Source: Lama glama (Eukaryota). From it: DNA of 64,000 nucleotides. The notes below the pieces were generated by a model. That model did not search any database, was not told where the DNA came from, and saw nothing but the letters and a program-made list of their open reading frames with translations. Each line of letters opens with the position of its first letter. Within the stretch, counting starts at the first letter, position 1. The DNA is taken from positions 52,454,001 through 52,518,000 of the forward strand of contig CM052817.1 of NCBI GenBank assembly GCA_028534125.1. The letters run 5' to 3'. This document shows positions 24,925-38,515 of the stretch, piece after piece. The translations under genes and the position numbers were made by a program.

Positions 24925-26376
24925 TTTGTGAGTTCCTAATGTTAGGCAGTTAGATAGAAATGACCACCAGGCAAGGAAAGAAGGGGGATGGAACAACCCA
25001 CAAAATAACAGTAAGCCTGAATTCTGAATAAGGGACTCCAAAATTTTTTACTTTCTCTAAATGAGGGCCAGTGAAGAAGCCGGCTAAAATCGACTGCTAC
25101 GGCTATGGAGTAGAGAGAAGGACTCGGCTTAACTTGACCCAATGCTTATTATAATGTAATTAACATTGCAGTTTGAGCCCCCTCCCGTAGGTTTCTCTAT
25201 GTGCATCATGGGTAAGAACATATGCAAAAGAGATGGGCATGCCTCAGAACAAGGAATGTGAGCTGCCAGTCAGCCTGAGCACTCAGAGAACCCTAGCAGT
25301 GAATTAATAAACCAATCACGAAAACACCCCTAAGCCAGGATATAAGAACAGGAAAAACAAAGGAGCGGCACCATTTTCCCTCTCTTAGGTTGGTCTGCCA
25401 ATTCTCGGAGTGTACTATATCTTACTACCTTTCTACTTTACTAATAAAATCCTCTGTTTATATCACACTTCCTGTCTCTTGTTAAAAGTTCATTTTTTTT
25501 AGGTGACAAAGAACCAAGGTATCTTTTTTCCCCCTCCTCCCAGTAACACTTACATAGCAAAAAGCAAATAATGTGATTAAAAAATGAGCAGAAGACTTGA
25601 ATACATACTTCTCCAAAGAACATATACAGATGACCAACAGGAATTTGAAAAAAACTAAACATTATTAATCTGGAAAAACTATGGAAAAGTATGGCATTTC
25701 CTCATAATCTAGCATTCCTACTTCAGGCTATTTCTCCTAAGGAATTTAAATCACAATTTCAAAGCTATATCTGTATTTCCATGTTAATTGCAGCATTATT
25801 CAAAATAGCCAAGATGTGCAAATAACCTAAGTGTCCACTGAAAGATGAATGAAAAAAGAAAAAAAATAAATATATGGTATATTATTCAGCCATAAAAAGA
25901 ATGAAGTCCTTCCATTTGTGACAACATAAACAGACCATGAGAGCATTATGCTAGTCCAAAGACAAATATTATTTGATCCCACTTATATAAAATCTAAAAA
26001 AGCCTAACTCATAAAAACATAGAGTAGAATAGTGGTTGCCAGGGGCTGAGATGTGGGGGAAATGGGAAGGTGTAGGCCAAAGGGTAAAATCTTTCAATTA
26101 TAAAATTAATAAGTTCCAGGTAATATGTACATAACGGGAATGTTAGTTGACAATACTGTATCGGATACTTGAAATTTGCAAAGAGATTAGATATTAAACA
26201 TTCTCACTGCAAAAAAAAAAAAAGAAAAAGTAATTACATGAGATGATGGACATGCTAACCAACCTTATTCTGGTAATCATTTTGCAGTTTATACATGTAT
26301 AAAATCATCACATTGTACACCTTAAATTTATATAATGTAATATGTCCAATTATACCTCAATAAAGCTAGAGGAAAC
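24925..26376 (+). mobile_element. L1MA9-like 3' end, interrupted by an ERV1-type LTR
   Basis: aatagccaagatgtgcaaataacctaagtgtccactg; gatacttgaaatttgcaaagagattagatattaaacattctcac; ends caattatacctcaataaagctagaggaaa. Confidence 0.8.
24940..25548 (+). mobile_element. ERV1-type solo LTR
   Basis: TGTTA...TAACA termini; 4-bp flanks ctaa/ctta; CCAAT ~25312, TATAAG ~25341, AATAAA 25443-48. Confidence 0.85.
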
Positions 26377-29300
26377 ACACAATACTGATGGAGATAATTA
26401 TAACATGCTAACACTAATTTCAAAAAGCCAAAGTAGGTATCTTGATTTAGACAAAGCAAACTCAATGTGGGTACTCAGTAAAAATTTGTTTATTTAAGTA
26501 AATTTAGTTAAAAACGTCACGTTTACTCTTAATAATTTTCCTTATAATTTTCTTAGTGTATTCCTTAAAATATTGATAAGTGACTTAACTGAAATATTTA
26601 TGGTTTCAATAAACTTACAAATGATTTTGTTCCACATATTTACAAAATTTTGAGAATTAACTCTTAGGCTCCTGAGAAACTTCCACTTTCAAGAGCTTCC
26701 TTGAGGATTCAGAAGTCACGTCTAAATAAAAACATTGACTGAAACCTTGAAGGCAAGGTGTGAAAGGCAAGCTTGGTTTAAAATAAGACACCATCTATGA
26801 CAGCACCTCTAGAAACTTTCCCTCATGAGATTATTAACTACAAGGAAATAGCTGGGAATAAACAAGGTGAAATGCCTACTGTGGTTAAAATTATAGTCTT
26901 TAAATAATAATTACTGTATTGCATTCCCTTGCCTAGACTAACCTGTGAGTTTTTTAAATGTTGTCTAAATTATAAGAGGTAGTGATAACTAAAGCAAATA
27001 AATGTGTTCTTATACTTAGAAATTATTTTAATATTGTAATTTTTTCTGGAGTTTTGCAGGAACTCAATTATTACATTTGCATGCATGGTGAGAAGCATAA
27101 TGATATTAAAATAAAATCAAAAACTCTGGAAGTGACAGTAATTCATGACCTTGAACTAATGACTTTATTTTTGTTCCAGGTAGAAATTATTGTACAGATG
27201 CATACTTATAAGCCAGTTTAATGGCTTAATGGCATAAAATAGAGCATGGCACTCATACTGAGACCAATCGAAATTAAAAAATAGTATTTAAAAAAAATAA
27301 CTTTGCTGCTTACAAAAATGCCATTTAAAGATGATTTGTATCTTATAGCTTTTCTGTATGAGTTCTGCTATAATCAAGAAAATAGCACTGTAGGTACATC
27401 AAGCAAGAAGAAACTTAACAAAAAATTTAGAAACAGGACTCTTACAAAACCATTGGAAAAGTGGAAGAAGCAAAAGTCAATGAAATCTGCCAGGAGATCA
27501 GAAATGTTTAGTCATCATAGGAAGTAGACATCAATTTTCTCAGATCCCTGCAACAATGGGAGCATCTTGATAGAAGGTGTCCACAAGGTGACTGTACAGC
27601 TTTACTTCTGTCAGGTGTCTTGGCCCATGCATTTGCCTGCCATAGCTACATAAGTAAGAATTGCATTTACTTCTCTTCTCCCCTCCAAAGCTTTTGTTAA
27701 TGCCTCTCACTGGTGAAATATAATCTGAAATTCTGTTGATCTTTTCAGAGAGGCTGAACCATAACTTAAAGGTAAATAATTATAGATCTTATGTCTAATA
27801 CTAATTAAAGAACCCAATGTTTGAGTTCTTGAGGTAAATTTGAAGATTCTCTCTCCTGGGATATTCCTACATATTCTGGCACTGGTTTATACTAATGAGT
27901 CTCTATTTTTGCATGGATAATGGTAGTAGAGTTAGAGATACAAGGTTATTTTAGTATTTTAATATTTTTAAAAGAGAAAGGTTGATATAGCATATATCTA
28001 TTATACTTAAATGCTATCTATGTTTGTCTATTTAATTTTGCTATTATCATCAGGTGCCTCAAATCATATATGAAAATAAGCAAGGTACAGGAATAGACAT
28101 ATGCACGTGTTTATGAATGTACAGATGTGCATGCCTTGTGTATATGCATATGCGTTGTGTGTATATGCACAAATGACTTACAATATAAAAATATATGTCT
28201 ATTCTAGTGCTTTTTAGTCTATCCAAATACAGACATTTTCAAAGCATATTTTAATATCCATATTCAAGACTGTGTATGTGTCCATGTAACTTAGAGACAG
28301 ATAGTTTTATTCAGATTAAAAGTAAAAATCATAAACTTTGCAATTATATCTGAGGATATGTATATAAAATTTTTATTCCTTGGAGGGCATACCTTGAAAA
28401 TAATGGCTTCCTTAATGTTTGTTATTTGGTTAAAGTGTGTAAGTTTCCTGTGCTGTGGATAATGTGTAATCATTTAATGAAATAATTATATCCTTTGGCA
28501 GTTCTAAATTTATTCAGAACAATATATTCATTAATTTGAGCACAGACTGACTTTCTGTGACTTTAACTGGAGTACTTATATCTCATCTTAGACATCCTTT
28601 TTTCTGTACCTGGGGACAAGACATAGTCCAGCTTTTGAAGAAAATTTGATATTTTAGAATATCTGGTTGGTTTTAACTTCTCTGAAAAACTTGCCTAGCA
28701 GTGGTATCCACTTGAATTAATGAAGCATTATGGTAGTTTATGGTATACAGGATGAACTCATTTGAGTCCTGGATAATTAACAGCTTTGTTCCAATAGAAT
28801 TGATTCCTATAGTTAAAGTACTTCAAGCAATCAAGTTACTTTAGTCCTAGGGAGAAGTCACCTTGATTCAAATTAACCAAAATAACTTTTCAAAGTCCTG
28901 GTAAAATGTGAAAGTTATTTTAACAAGCTTGAGACATCTCTGCTCTTCATGGAGTATATGTAGACCTTAAAAATCTCTGAATCAGTCTAAAGAAACCCTC
29001 ACTGGGATAAGAAAAATGTTAAAAGACACCAAGGAATGAAGGAGCATTTTACTGGGTCATAGTCAACTCTTACATTTCAGATTTCCACTCTTAATAGCCA
29101 GGACTAGAACTCTTTTAAGAGTTGGTTGAGATTGAAAAAACAAAAACCCAAGAAATAGAAAAGAATGGGAATAAAAAGAAAACAACAACAAAGATGAAGT
29201 ATAAGCTAAATATAATCTAAATCTTTGCAGATACTTGTATAATTAGAATTTATTTGCTCTGAATAATATCTAAGAATTACTCCCTTTGATCAGACCATTC

Positions 29301-29432
29301 TTCTCAGTGAAATTTTTACTTTGTTGAAAGCAAAAGTTCAATATGTTGGATAACTCAGTTGATTGTTGAAATAAAAAAAGACATTTCTATCTCATCTTTT
29401 AAATGGGAATAATTAAAGAATGATCAATAACC

Positions 29433-29653
29433 AGCAGGGGGTGGGAAGAGATAGACTGGGATTTCAAAATTATAGAATAAACAAGATTATACTGTATAGC
29501 ACAAGGAAATATATACAAGATCTTATGGTAGCTCACAGAGAAAAAAATGTGACAATGAATATATATGTTCATGTATAACTGAAAAATTGTGCTCTACACT
29601 GGAATTTGACACAACATTGTAAAATGATTATAAATCAATAAGAAGTGTTAAAA
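29433..29653 (+). mobile_element. Young lineage-specific L1, 3'UTR-only insertion
   Basis: Perfect 18-bp TSD aaagaatgatcaataacc (29415-29432 and 29654-29671) at a TT/AAAG endonuclease-type site. Body closely similar to the 3'UTR at ~13170-13395. Confidence 0.95.
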
Positions 29654-30084
29654 AAAGAATGATCAATAACCCTGAAATACTGGATTACAGTTAAAGTTTA
29701 AGATGGAAAGGGAGAAGAACATGAAATAACAAATCCTCTGAGCTTTCACAATTTTCATTTTCAATGTAAGAGTGAAAAAAAGGAGAGAGGAGAAAAAAAA
29801 ATAAAGCAGACTTTAAAAATGGAGTGGCTAGTTTCATTCTAAGTGTACAGGTTGTGTCTACTTTTTAAGAGATGTAACTTTTAGAAACTGCACCAATAAC
29901 CGCAACAGTTATCTGGAAATCTTTTGGTTTTTAAAAACCAGATTTATTTATTTATTTTTCCTTTGTGTCAAATAAGTCCAAACATAGGCAACCTGGGGCT
30001 GATGTAGTGTATTACAAGTCTTAAGCAATGCATTGCCCGTTCTTAGCTTGTGGCTCCAATCTCAAGGGACTATCTTGTTCTTGC

Positions 30085-30745
30085 ACACAAATACATGATG
30101 GAAAAACTGACAGAACTGAAGGAAGACATGGTTGGGAAACTTCTTTATTCTGCTTTCAATAACAATTAGACAGAAGATCAACAAGGAAATAGAAGACTTG
30201 AACAACAATATAAACCAACTAGACTAACAGACAACTATAGAATAACAGCGGACTATACATTTTTCTCAAGTCCATATGAAATATATTCTAGAATATAGAA
30301 TATGCTAGATCATAAAACAATCATCAATAAATTTAAAATGTAAATAATAGAAATAATAAAAATTATATTCTTCAACTACAATGGAATACAAAATATGTTC
30401 TCTGAACAAAATGGAAATTTGAGATTAATAACAGAAAACTATGGGAAACTCAAAAATATGTGGAAATTAACAACATATTTCCAAATAATCAATGTTTCAA
30501 AGAAGAAATCAAAAGGATAGTAAAAAACCTTTGACACATATCTATTACTTATAGAATGCAGTTAAAACAGTTCTTAAATGGAAATTTATAGCTCTGAATG
30601 CCTGTATTAAGAAAGAAGAGAGATCTCAAATCAATAAACTGATCTTCCTCCTTAAGATACTGGAAAAAGATCAAAGTAAATCTAAAGTAAGTAGAAGGAA
30701 GGAAATAAAGATGAGAGAAGAAATTAATAAAATAGAATATAGAAA
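30085..30745 (+). mobile_element. Old L1 ORF2 (endonuclease region) fragment
   Basis: gacagaagatcaacaaggaaatagaagacttgaacaacaatataaaccaactagac...aaatatgtggaaattaacaac...agagatctcaaatcaataaactga. Confidence 0.8.
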
Positions 30746-30779
30746 TATAAATATCCCTGTAGTACAGCAGGTGTTCTGT

Positions 30780-32270
30780 ATAAGACTATTGCAGTGAAGG
30801 CAAGAAAAGATGGAGCAATTTGAAATATATGTTGAAGGTGAATCAATGTGGCTTTGTGCTGGAAAGGATTCTAAGGTCAAATATCAGGGAAACTTCAAAG
30901 ATGACTCCTAGCTTTCTGGCCTGAGCAACAGCAAGCTGAATGGTAAGTGTATTTCACAGATAATGGTGATAATGGGTTAGAGAGGGAAAATGTAGCATGG
31001 AAAAAAAAAAAACAGTTTGAGAAACAATGTTTTCTCGATAACTAAAAGATCGTCAGAGTGAGGGATACATAGTAGGAAAAGGGACAATTAGAGAAAATAC
31101 ATGGGCAGCAAAGCAGGCAGAGATTCACAGTTCATGAGGAGGATGTTAAGAGAGAAATCTAAAGTTAGATTTTAAATAGTGGAATATTATGACTAAAAGA
31201 CCAATGTTGTCATCCCTATGCAGAACAGATGAGCCGACAAAAGTGGCAAATGGAAGAGCTTTTAGGAGACTAGTTTTCAGATTATAGTCTGAGACTAGTT
31301 TTCAGACAAATAAATTTGAACTGGACTATGATTTGGCAATGTGGACAAAGAAAAGGGAGCAGATTTAAGACATTTGTTTTGGAGGATTAAGAGACTGCCC
31401 AGTGATTTTGATGCACTGAGATTGAGGGAATGGGAGCAATGAAGAATAACACAGAGAGATCTGACTTTACTAACACAGTACGTTGGGAAACCATTTGCAA
31501 AGATGGGATATGGTAGGATGTATGGATGGCTTAAACTTCAATTTAAGACATGGTGAATTTGAGAAAACTGCTGACATCTAGGGAAAGATGACATATATTC
31601 AATGTATTTGTGAATCTAAATCATAAAAAAACAAGCTCTAGGATAGAGATGCTAATGGCACTTAAAGTCATTAGCATAACATTTATATTCAACACTGAAA
31701 TTTAAACTTACCTAGGGGGAGAGTATTAAAAAAATTGAAAAGAAGTTCCAGTATTAGGCATGTAAACCACTATAATTTTTGTTTGGGAAGAGAAATGGAA
31801 AGGGAAAATAGAATGAAAAGAATAGCCAATGAGATAGGAGAGAGAGCAAGAGTAAGTCATATTTGGAAAACTAATGAAGAAGAAGATGAATAGCTTTAGT
31901 GGAAGACTGCCAAAAGTCATATTCTAATACAGTACAAAATTGATGAAAATGAGTAAGTCAAAACAATCTGAGCTTGAAGCTTTGGCTCTGAATTTTGGCT
32001 TTGAATTGAACAGAATAACCAAGGATATTGGAAAAAGATGTGCAGTAAAGATAGGGCATACTTTATTATGAAAGTTAATAAAATGTCTTTATATACCACT
32101 TGTAATCATCTAGGAAAATGGACGATATGAGTACTGAAGAAGAGTTGGTGACCAAATGGTGATGCCCTTGTGAAGCCAGAGGGATGAGAACAGGAATACA
32201 AATGGAGAGACTGTCCTTGAGAGTAAAACAGACAATTCTTTCATTGTAATAAGAAGAAAGGGAAAAGTTG
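30780..32270 (-). mobile_element. Decayed L2 fragments (antisense)
   Basis: aaagatgactcctagctttctggcctgagcaac; ttcaatttaagacatggtgaatttgag...gacatctaggga; gtcattagcataac. Confidence 0.5.
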
Positions 32271-32718
32271 TTGCAAATACAGTTAGAATATTTTATTTGA
32301 TATATGTGATAAATAATTATCTTTTGTCAACTATTCTCAGATACTTACAAAACACTTTAGGGAAAAGGCACAATATTTGTTCAGAGCTGATCTTGTGCCA
32401 AGGTTCTTCTTAATTATTACCTATGTTGATACATAAAAAGATCCTGCGAGGTAACAGTTACTCTTTCTTTCTTTATGTACTAATAAGGAAGGTTGGATAC
32501 CTTTCCCAAAGACACAGGGATAGGAGACAGCAAAACTGTCTTTCTACTTCCAAACTTGAGCTTTAGATATTCATTATTCTAGTTTTCTTGTGATAATCTT
32601 ATTTAGTCTGAGCAAAAACCTAAGGGAGGCATATAATATAAAATTTAATTGACTTAGTTACAAGGAAAGCCTTTTAACTTGCAAGGACCTTATCAGGAAG
32701 TATTGGATAGGAACAGTT

Positions 32719-32740
32719 TGTGTGTGTGTGTGTGTGTGTG
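32719..32740. repeat. (TG)11 microsatellite
   Basis: Direct read. Confidence 0.95.
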
Positions 32741-35700
32741 TTTGTAAAATGATCCTAAATTTAAGTATTTTATGTCATTTTATGTAGAAAGATACATTTA
32801 AAAACATGAACTAATAAGCAACTTTGGAAAAACACAAAATCAGAAGTAAGTCTAGAATTCTAGATCACAACAGAACTAAGTGTTAAGATGATCGTTATCA
32901 ATGACTCTACCAATTAAGTAGGTATTCAGAACAGTTATGTTCAAGTAGATCAGAGAAAGTTATGATTAAAGTGTTGCAGTGCTAAGACATAAACAACCAA
33001 GGATGTCTGTCAAGATGATATTACTACTTACTCATTTTGTCATTAACTAAATCTTTCAAAGAAACCCAAAACATATTGATCATATTTTAGAGCAATGTAA
33101 AAATATTTTTATCTCCAGAACCAGTAGATTTAAGCATTTAAGGTTATATAATATTACAGCTGGTCTTCAGGTTGCATACAAAATATCTGACACACCTGAA
33201 TTTTTAACTATTCCTCAAATCACGTATAGCATTATGTTATTGCCCGAGGTTTAGAATTAATTTTACATGTTAACACTATTCTTTGTTATTGTTTTTGGCT
33301 TGCCTTTCATTTTAATAACCAAAAGCCACTGGATCTAAAAAAACAGCATAGACTTTAACTCTTAGAAACACATTATATGAAAAGGCATCATGAGAGAGGC
33401 TCTCAAGTGACTTTGAATGCATTAATTGGCTTCTTTGTATTGCCTTGGAAAGTTCTTATTAAGTTCCCTAAGGATTTTTCAGAAAAGGAAGCAGTGTTAT
33501 TAGTTTGGTTTTTGACTGAGTTAATTGATAATTGAGTATCATTGAGAATAAAGAATAAAAACAGCAGAATGGGAAGCAAAACTCATATTAATCCCTGTCA
33601 ATAAGAAACTTTTTTGTTTACTTTCCCTAGAAATTTATGAAATGTAAACTTACTGCTCAAAGCATAGCACTTCTACGAATATGTTCCATTTCTATTAGAA
33701 TGAGTGCCATTGGAAGCTTAACTGCGCACTGAGTAAACATAGTAAGTGAATCACTAATACATTATGGACACATGTTTATCTTTCTGTGCACTATAAATCT
33801 GAAAAAAAAAGTGTTCTATAATTTATTCAATATATATTTCTCATTTCCTACTGTTTGATTTTGGTTTAAATCATTGGATTTCCCATCAGTCATAGTCCCT
33901 ATATTTATACTACAATCATTAAAGTTGAATTTAATTAGAATTCACCAAATTGCATTTGGAGTTGCTGATTTAGAGACTTCAAATATATTCAACCACTAGT
34001 CTTTGAAAAAACAGCAGCAGAAAACTTTACATGCTATTTTAATGATATGTTAAACATGTATCTAATATTTAATCCCCTTTACATTTTGTCATTTAAATAA
34101 TTTTTTTAAAATATCTCTAATCTTTAGTTCCTCTTTCTACACATCTATATACTAACTAGTCCTGACTTTAGCCAATTGCAAATAGACTACTGAATATCTA
34201 TTTTATTATCACCATATGCTATTCAGCATATAAAATCTTGATTAGAAAGATTTTAGTTTTGAGTAGTTAAGTAAGGTTTTGAGTAGTTATGAAAAATTTT
34301 TGACCTTCTCTCACAATCAAGAATTTAATTTAGAAAAAGTAAAGCATATATATATGAAAGAACTATGTGTTTCTGAACATTTATTGTAGTTGGCTGTTCA
34401 AGAGAGTGTATTTTCCTGTAAAACTGCACACATATAAAGCAGTCACACTATATTTTGGCTTATTAAGTAAAAAGTAATTAACATTACTAAAGTAATTCTG
34501 TTTGCAAGTTTTGAATCTGATTTTGAGTCAATAAAACATTATTTGGTTATAATCACACCACATTACAATTCAAAAACATGTGTGTAAATATCTGGTTTTG
34601 ACTGGAACATAAATGACTTTTTTTGTGTGCTGGAAAGTGCCATGCTAATGAGCTCTCACCTAGCAGAAGTCTAAAGCTTATTCAAATATTACATTAGTTG
34701 AAGTTAAGCTTAAGTAACATAAGTAAAATCTAGAGTTTGTAAATAAACTAAATGCTATGTTTTTACTTTTTAATATAAAGTTAGTGTTAGTAAAGTCTGT
34801 AACAACTGAAAAATGTAAATAATTAGCAGTTCTTTCTCACACTGAACAATTTGTTTTAACATCCACAAAATACTCTAAATATATATAAATATTTGGTTTC
34901 TCAGCTAAATACCAAAAGCCTTTTCCAAATTTTGACTGAGGTACATATTTGGTTAAGACCTTTAAATATTTTGATGAAAATGCCAATTCTAGTAACACAG
35001 TGTTTTCACTGCTTTTTAATATTAAAATATAGTGTCAAATGATGGTAATATTTTCCCCAATTTAGTTTCTTATTGGAAGCTCTTGATAGAGAAGATATTC
35101 TCTAGCAAATCCTATACACATTAATCTAAATAACTCTTCAATTTACTAACATTGTCAACAAACTACAAAAAAACAATGAATACATCTGCTAAAACTTTAG
35201 TCAATTCATTAATTGGTAAATGAAGATATTAATATGACAATCACATATTGTCATGTTGTTATCAGCAATTACATCTTAATTGCTGAAGGTTACTATACAA
35301 TAACTCAGTACAAGATCAAAGGAGTGATCTAACTAATTCATTTTTTAAAATATTTTTATTTCGCCAATCAATGATTATGCTTGCTGCCAAGTAACTGCAA
35401 GATATATTACTTGCTATTTGGCGAGTTTACTTAAAAAAAAAATCTGTTTCCTCTTCTAAAACAACTCGGGAATAAATACATACAAAAATATTCAAAAAGC
35501 TATCACACACTTTGCATCTTTATTGTAATATACATGTGGTTTAGATAACTTGTTTTATTAAAAATTACACAAATATAACTATAAAATATAACAAGCATTA
35601 AAATATATTAGAATTATTCTTTTTTTGTTGTTGGAGATTGAGTACAAATGGTAATTGGGAAGGGAAAAAGGTTTAAGTAAAAATGTTGAACAGTGGAGAG

Positions 35701-36384
35701 GAAAAGAGTAACAGCGATCAAAGAAAGTAACCTAGTGATTTTAACTCGAGCAGATTTATTCAAATATGAAAAATTCAATGCCAACAAAAAGAAGCCCCAG
35801 GGCACTGGACAAGTTTTGTATTCAACAGTCACATAGGAAAACAGGAAAATAGAGGGAAGCAAGACTGAAAAATTAGACCAAATTGCATAAATTCTGTCAG
35901 TCTAGAGGGAGAGTGGGTATTTTCTGAATGTTGTTTATGAGTAATCAAATAACCTCAGTTCACAAGGGAAACTTTATGTTTAAATAAATATTTAAATGGA
36001 AATTCAAGACACTGCCAGTTGCCATTGTCAATGGAGACCAAAAAATTTTGAAAATCTAATTTAATCACTGACATTTCATTGTTTAAAACTAGCATTGCAC
36101 TAAAATCTTTACTGGCTAAAACCCTTGAATTCAACTTAGTTTCATTTGTGTTCTTCAAATCTGCACCAAGCTTCCCAAAGTAAGTTTAGCCAAGTAAATT
36201 CATTTGAATCATACAGGGTGAGATAAAGCTACCACTCTGTGGAGCAAACAACAGCAGCAAGATGGAAGCCTTAATTTGACCAAGTGAATTTGGGAATACC
36301 CAGTCTATGGCATTGCAGAGAATGAATCCCAATGGTATAGTAGCACAGAATATTGAGTCCCCACAGGCAAAGTGAGAATACTAT

Positions 36385-36815
36385 GGAATCATTCAAATCA
36401 GCTGATATGTGCAAGCTGCTGTTCTAGGTGTTGCTGATATAGTGGTGAACAAAAAAGAGGCCCAGTCCCTTTTAGTACAACATCATGCTTATATTACAGG
36501 GGCAAGATAAAAATGAAACCAAAAAATAAATAGATGATGTAGTTTCAAGAAGGAATAAGTGCTCAGAAGGGATTAAAAACAAAGTCAAGTGTTTCACAAG
36601 AAACTGAGGCTCCTAATTTACACAGAGGAATCTAACATGTACATGAGAAAAATGAGATTTGAGCAGGAATCTAAAAGAAGGGAGAAGGTACACTATGGGA
36701 ACACATCTAGGGGAAGAGCATTCTATTCAGAAAGCAAACCAAGTATGTATCACCAATGTGCAGCCTCCTAAGCATCTTTAAAAAGCAGCAAGAGGTGAGT
36801 GAGACTGGACAAGAG
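36385..36815 (-). mobile_element. L2 3' end (antisense)
   Basis: atatgtgcaagctgctgttctaggtgttgctgatatagtggtgaacaaaa...ctaggggaagagcattctattcagaaagcaaac. Confidence 0.65.
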
Positions 36816-37389
36816 TTTGGTTTTTCTCCAAAAACAAATATATCAGGCAGGTATGGCATGAGATTCCTCCTCTCTTGAAGCATTGAGCAGGAGCAGGATC
36901 ATTTGACACCATCTAAACATTCACTGTGCCTGAAACTTGCCCCATATCCTTGAAGACCTTGCCACTGCCATAAATTTATCTGAAATGCAAAATTAGTGCA
37001 AAGTGTGGATACTTCTAAGGATCATTAGGGAAAATATGGATTTTCCAGAAGATAGACTAAATCATTAGTGAATTCTATTCGGAAGTGTGGTCTTTTGAAA
37101 CAAAGATAATTATGTGTCACGTTTGACTCACTGCAAACTAAATTTATGAAAATGGCATTTGGGGTCTAATTATGAGGATTGTCTTTATTATTCTGATCAT
37201 TTTCTAAAGGACTGGCCTAAGTTGGAGGTATATGATTTGAAATGTTGGATAGTTGTAAATTTATAGATGCTAATGAAATATGCCCATTTTTATCTAGATA
37301 ACTGTTGTCATCTAAATGCAGTCTAATTTGTTATGATACTCACTGACTTGATTTTGCAATTCTCATAGTATTTGACTTCCAAATAATTT

Positions 37390-37602
37390 GGTGGAAAGAA
37401 CACTGGTATTCAAGATCAAATCTGCTATTAACTTGCTATAGCCATGCCATAAATACTCTTTAAGCCAATATTTCTTCATTTATATAAAAAGGGGATGCCA
37501 GTTATCTGCCTCCTTACAGAGTTATTTTGAAGAACAGAAGGGATAATGTATGAAAGTGTTCTTTGAAAATTGTAAAGCACTGTTCAAATGAAAGCTATTA
37601 TT
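37390..37602 (+). mobile_element. MIR (MIR3/MIRc-like)
   Basis: ctgctattaacttgcta...tttcttcatttatataaaaagggg...ggataatgtatgaaagtgttctttgaaaattgtaaagcactgttcaaatg. Confidence 0.65.
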
Positions 37603-38124
37603 ATACTAACAAATAGATGATTTAACAATGGCATTTCAATGTGATGACTGGAAATCACTCTAATAAATATACCAACATGTCATTCCACTAGTATAGAATT
37701 ATTAAATTATCATTACCTTTCAGAGAAACAAAAGAATATATTTTCACAATAATATCATATGGTCAATTTAAATTCTGTATGCTGCTAGTTTTAGTGAATA
37801 TATTATCCACTTTATTGTGCCCAGTATCTCCGGCTTTTTGAAAAAAGAAATGTAGTTTCACAATTGTGAAATTATAAATTTATGCTTAACAGACACTCTG
37901 TGCTTAAAAAGAAAAGGTTGAAAAGCTAGATTTTTCTTTGCCATTTCAGAAATCTACTGTGCTAAAAGCAATATGGAGTAAATTCATGAAAATCTAAATA
38001 GAGAAATTTGCTGGTTTTTTCAGGTCAGGCAAATTCAGGGGTCAAGAGACATCAATAATTATAATGGTTGCTACCCAAAGAAGACGTAATAATCAGTCAC
38101 TAAAATCTAATTAAACTCATTGAA

Positions 38125-38515
38125 GTACTTGTATACATGATGGAATATTATCCAGCCTTAAAAAGAGAGGAAATCTTGAAATCCTGACATATTTGACAAC
38201 ATGAATAAATCTGGAGGACAATATGCTATGTTAATGAGGTAATCACAGAAGGACAAATGCTGCATGATTTTACTTTATGAAATATCTAAAACAGTCAGAC
38301 TCACAGAAGCAGAGAGTAGAATGATGGTTGTTGGGGGGATGGGGAAATGAGAAGTAGTTCAAAGCATACAAAGTTTTGGTTATGTAAGACGTATAAGTTC
38401 TAAAGATCTACTGTACAACATCATGCCTATTATTAACAATATTGTATTGTACACTTAAATATTCATTAAGAGGGTAAATCTCATGTTAACTTTTCTTACC
38501 ATGACCAAAAAATAT
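38125..38515 (+). mobile_element. L1MB/L1MA10-like 3' end
   Basis: atggaatattatccagccttaaaaagagaggaaatc...cacagaagcagagagtagaatgatggttg...ttaagagggtaaatctcatgttaac. Confidence 0.8.

Noticed and set aside
27390..27740. Possible ancient LTR remnant and 74-aa Lys-rich ORF
   Set aside because: Too diverged to assign a family; ORF lacks splice or codon support.
34256..34289. 14-bp direct repeat gttttgagtagtta with 20-bp period
   Set aside because: Ordinary small tandem duplication.
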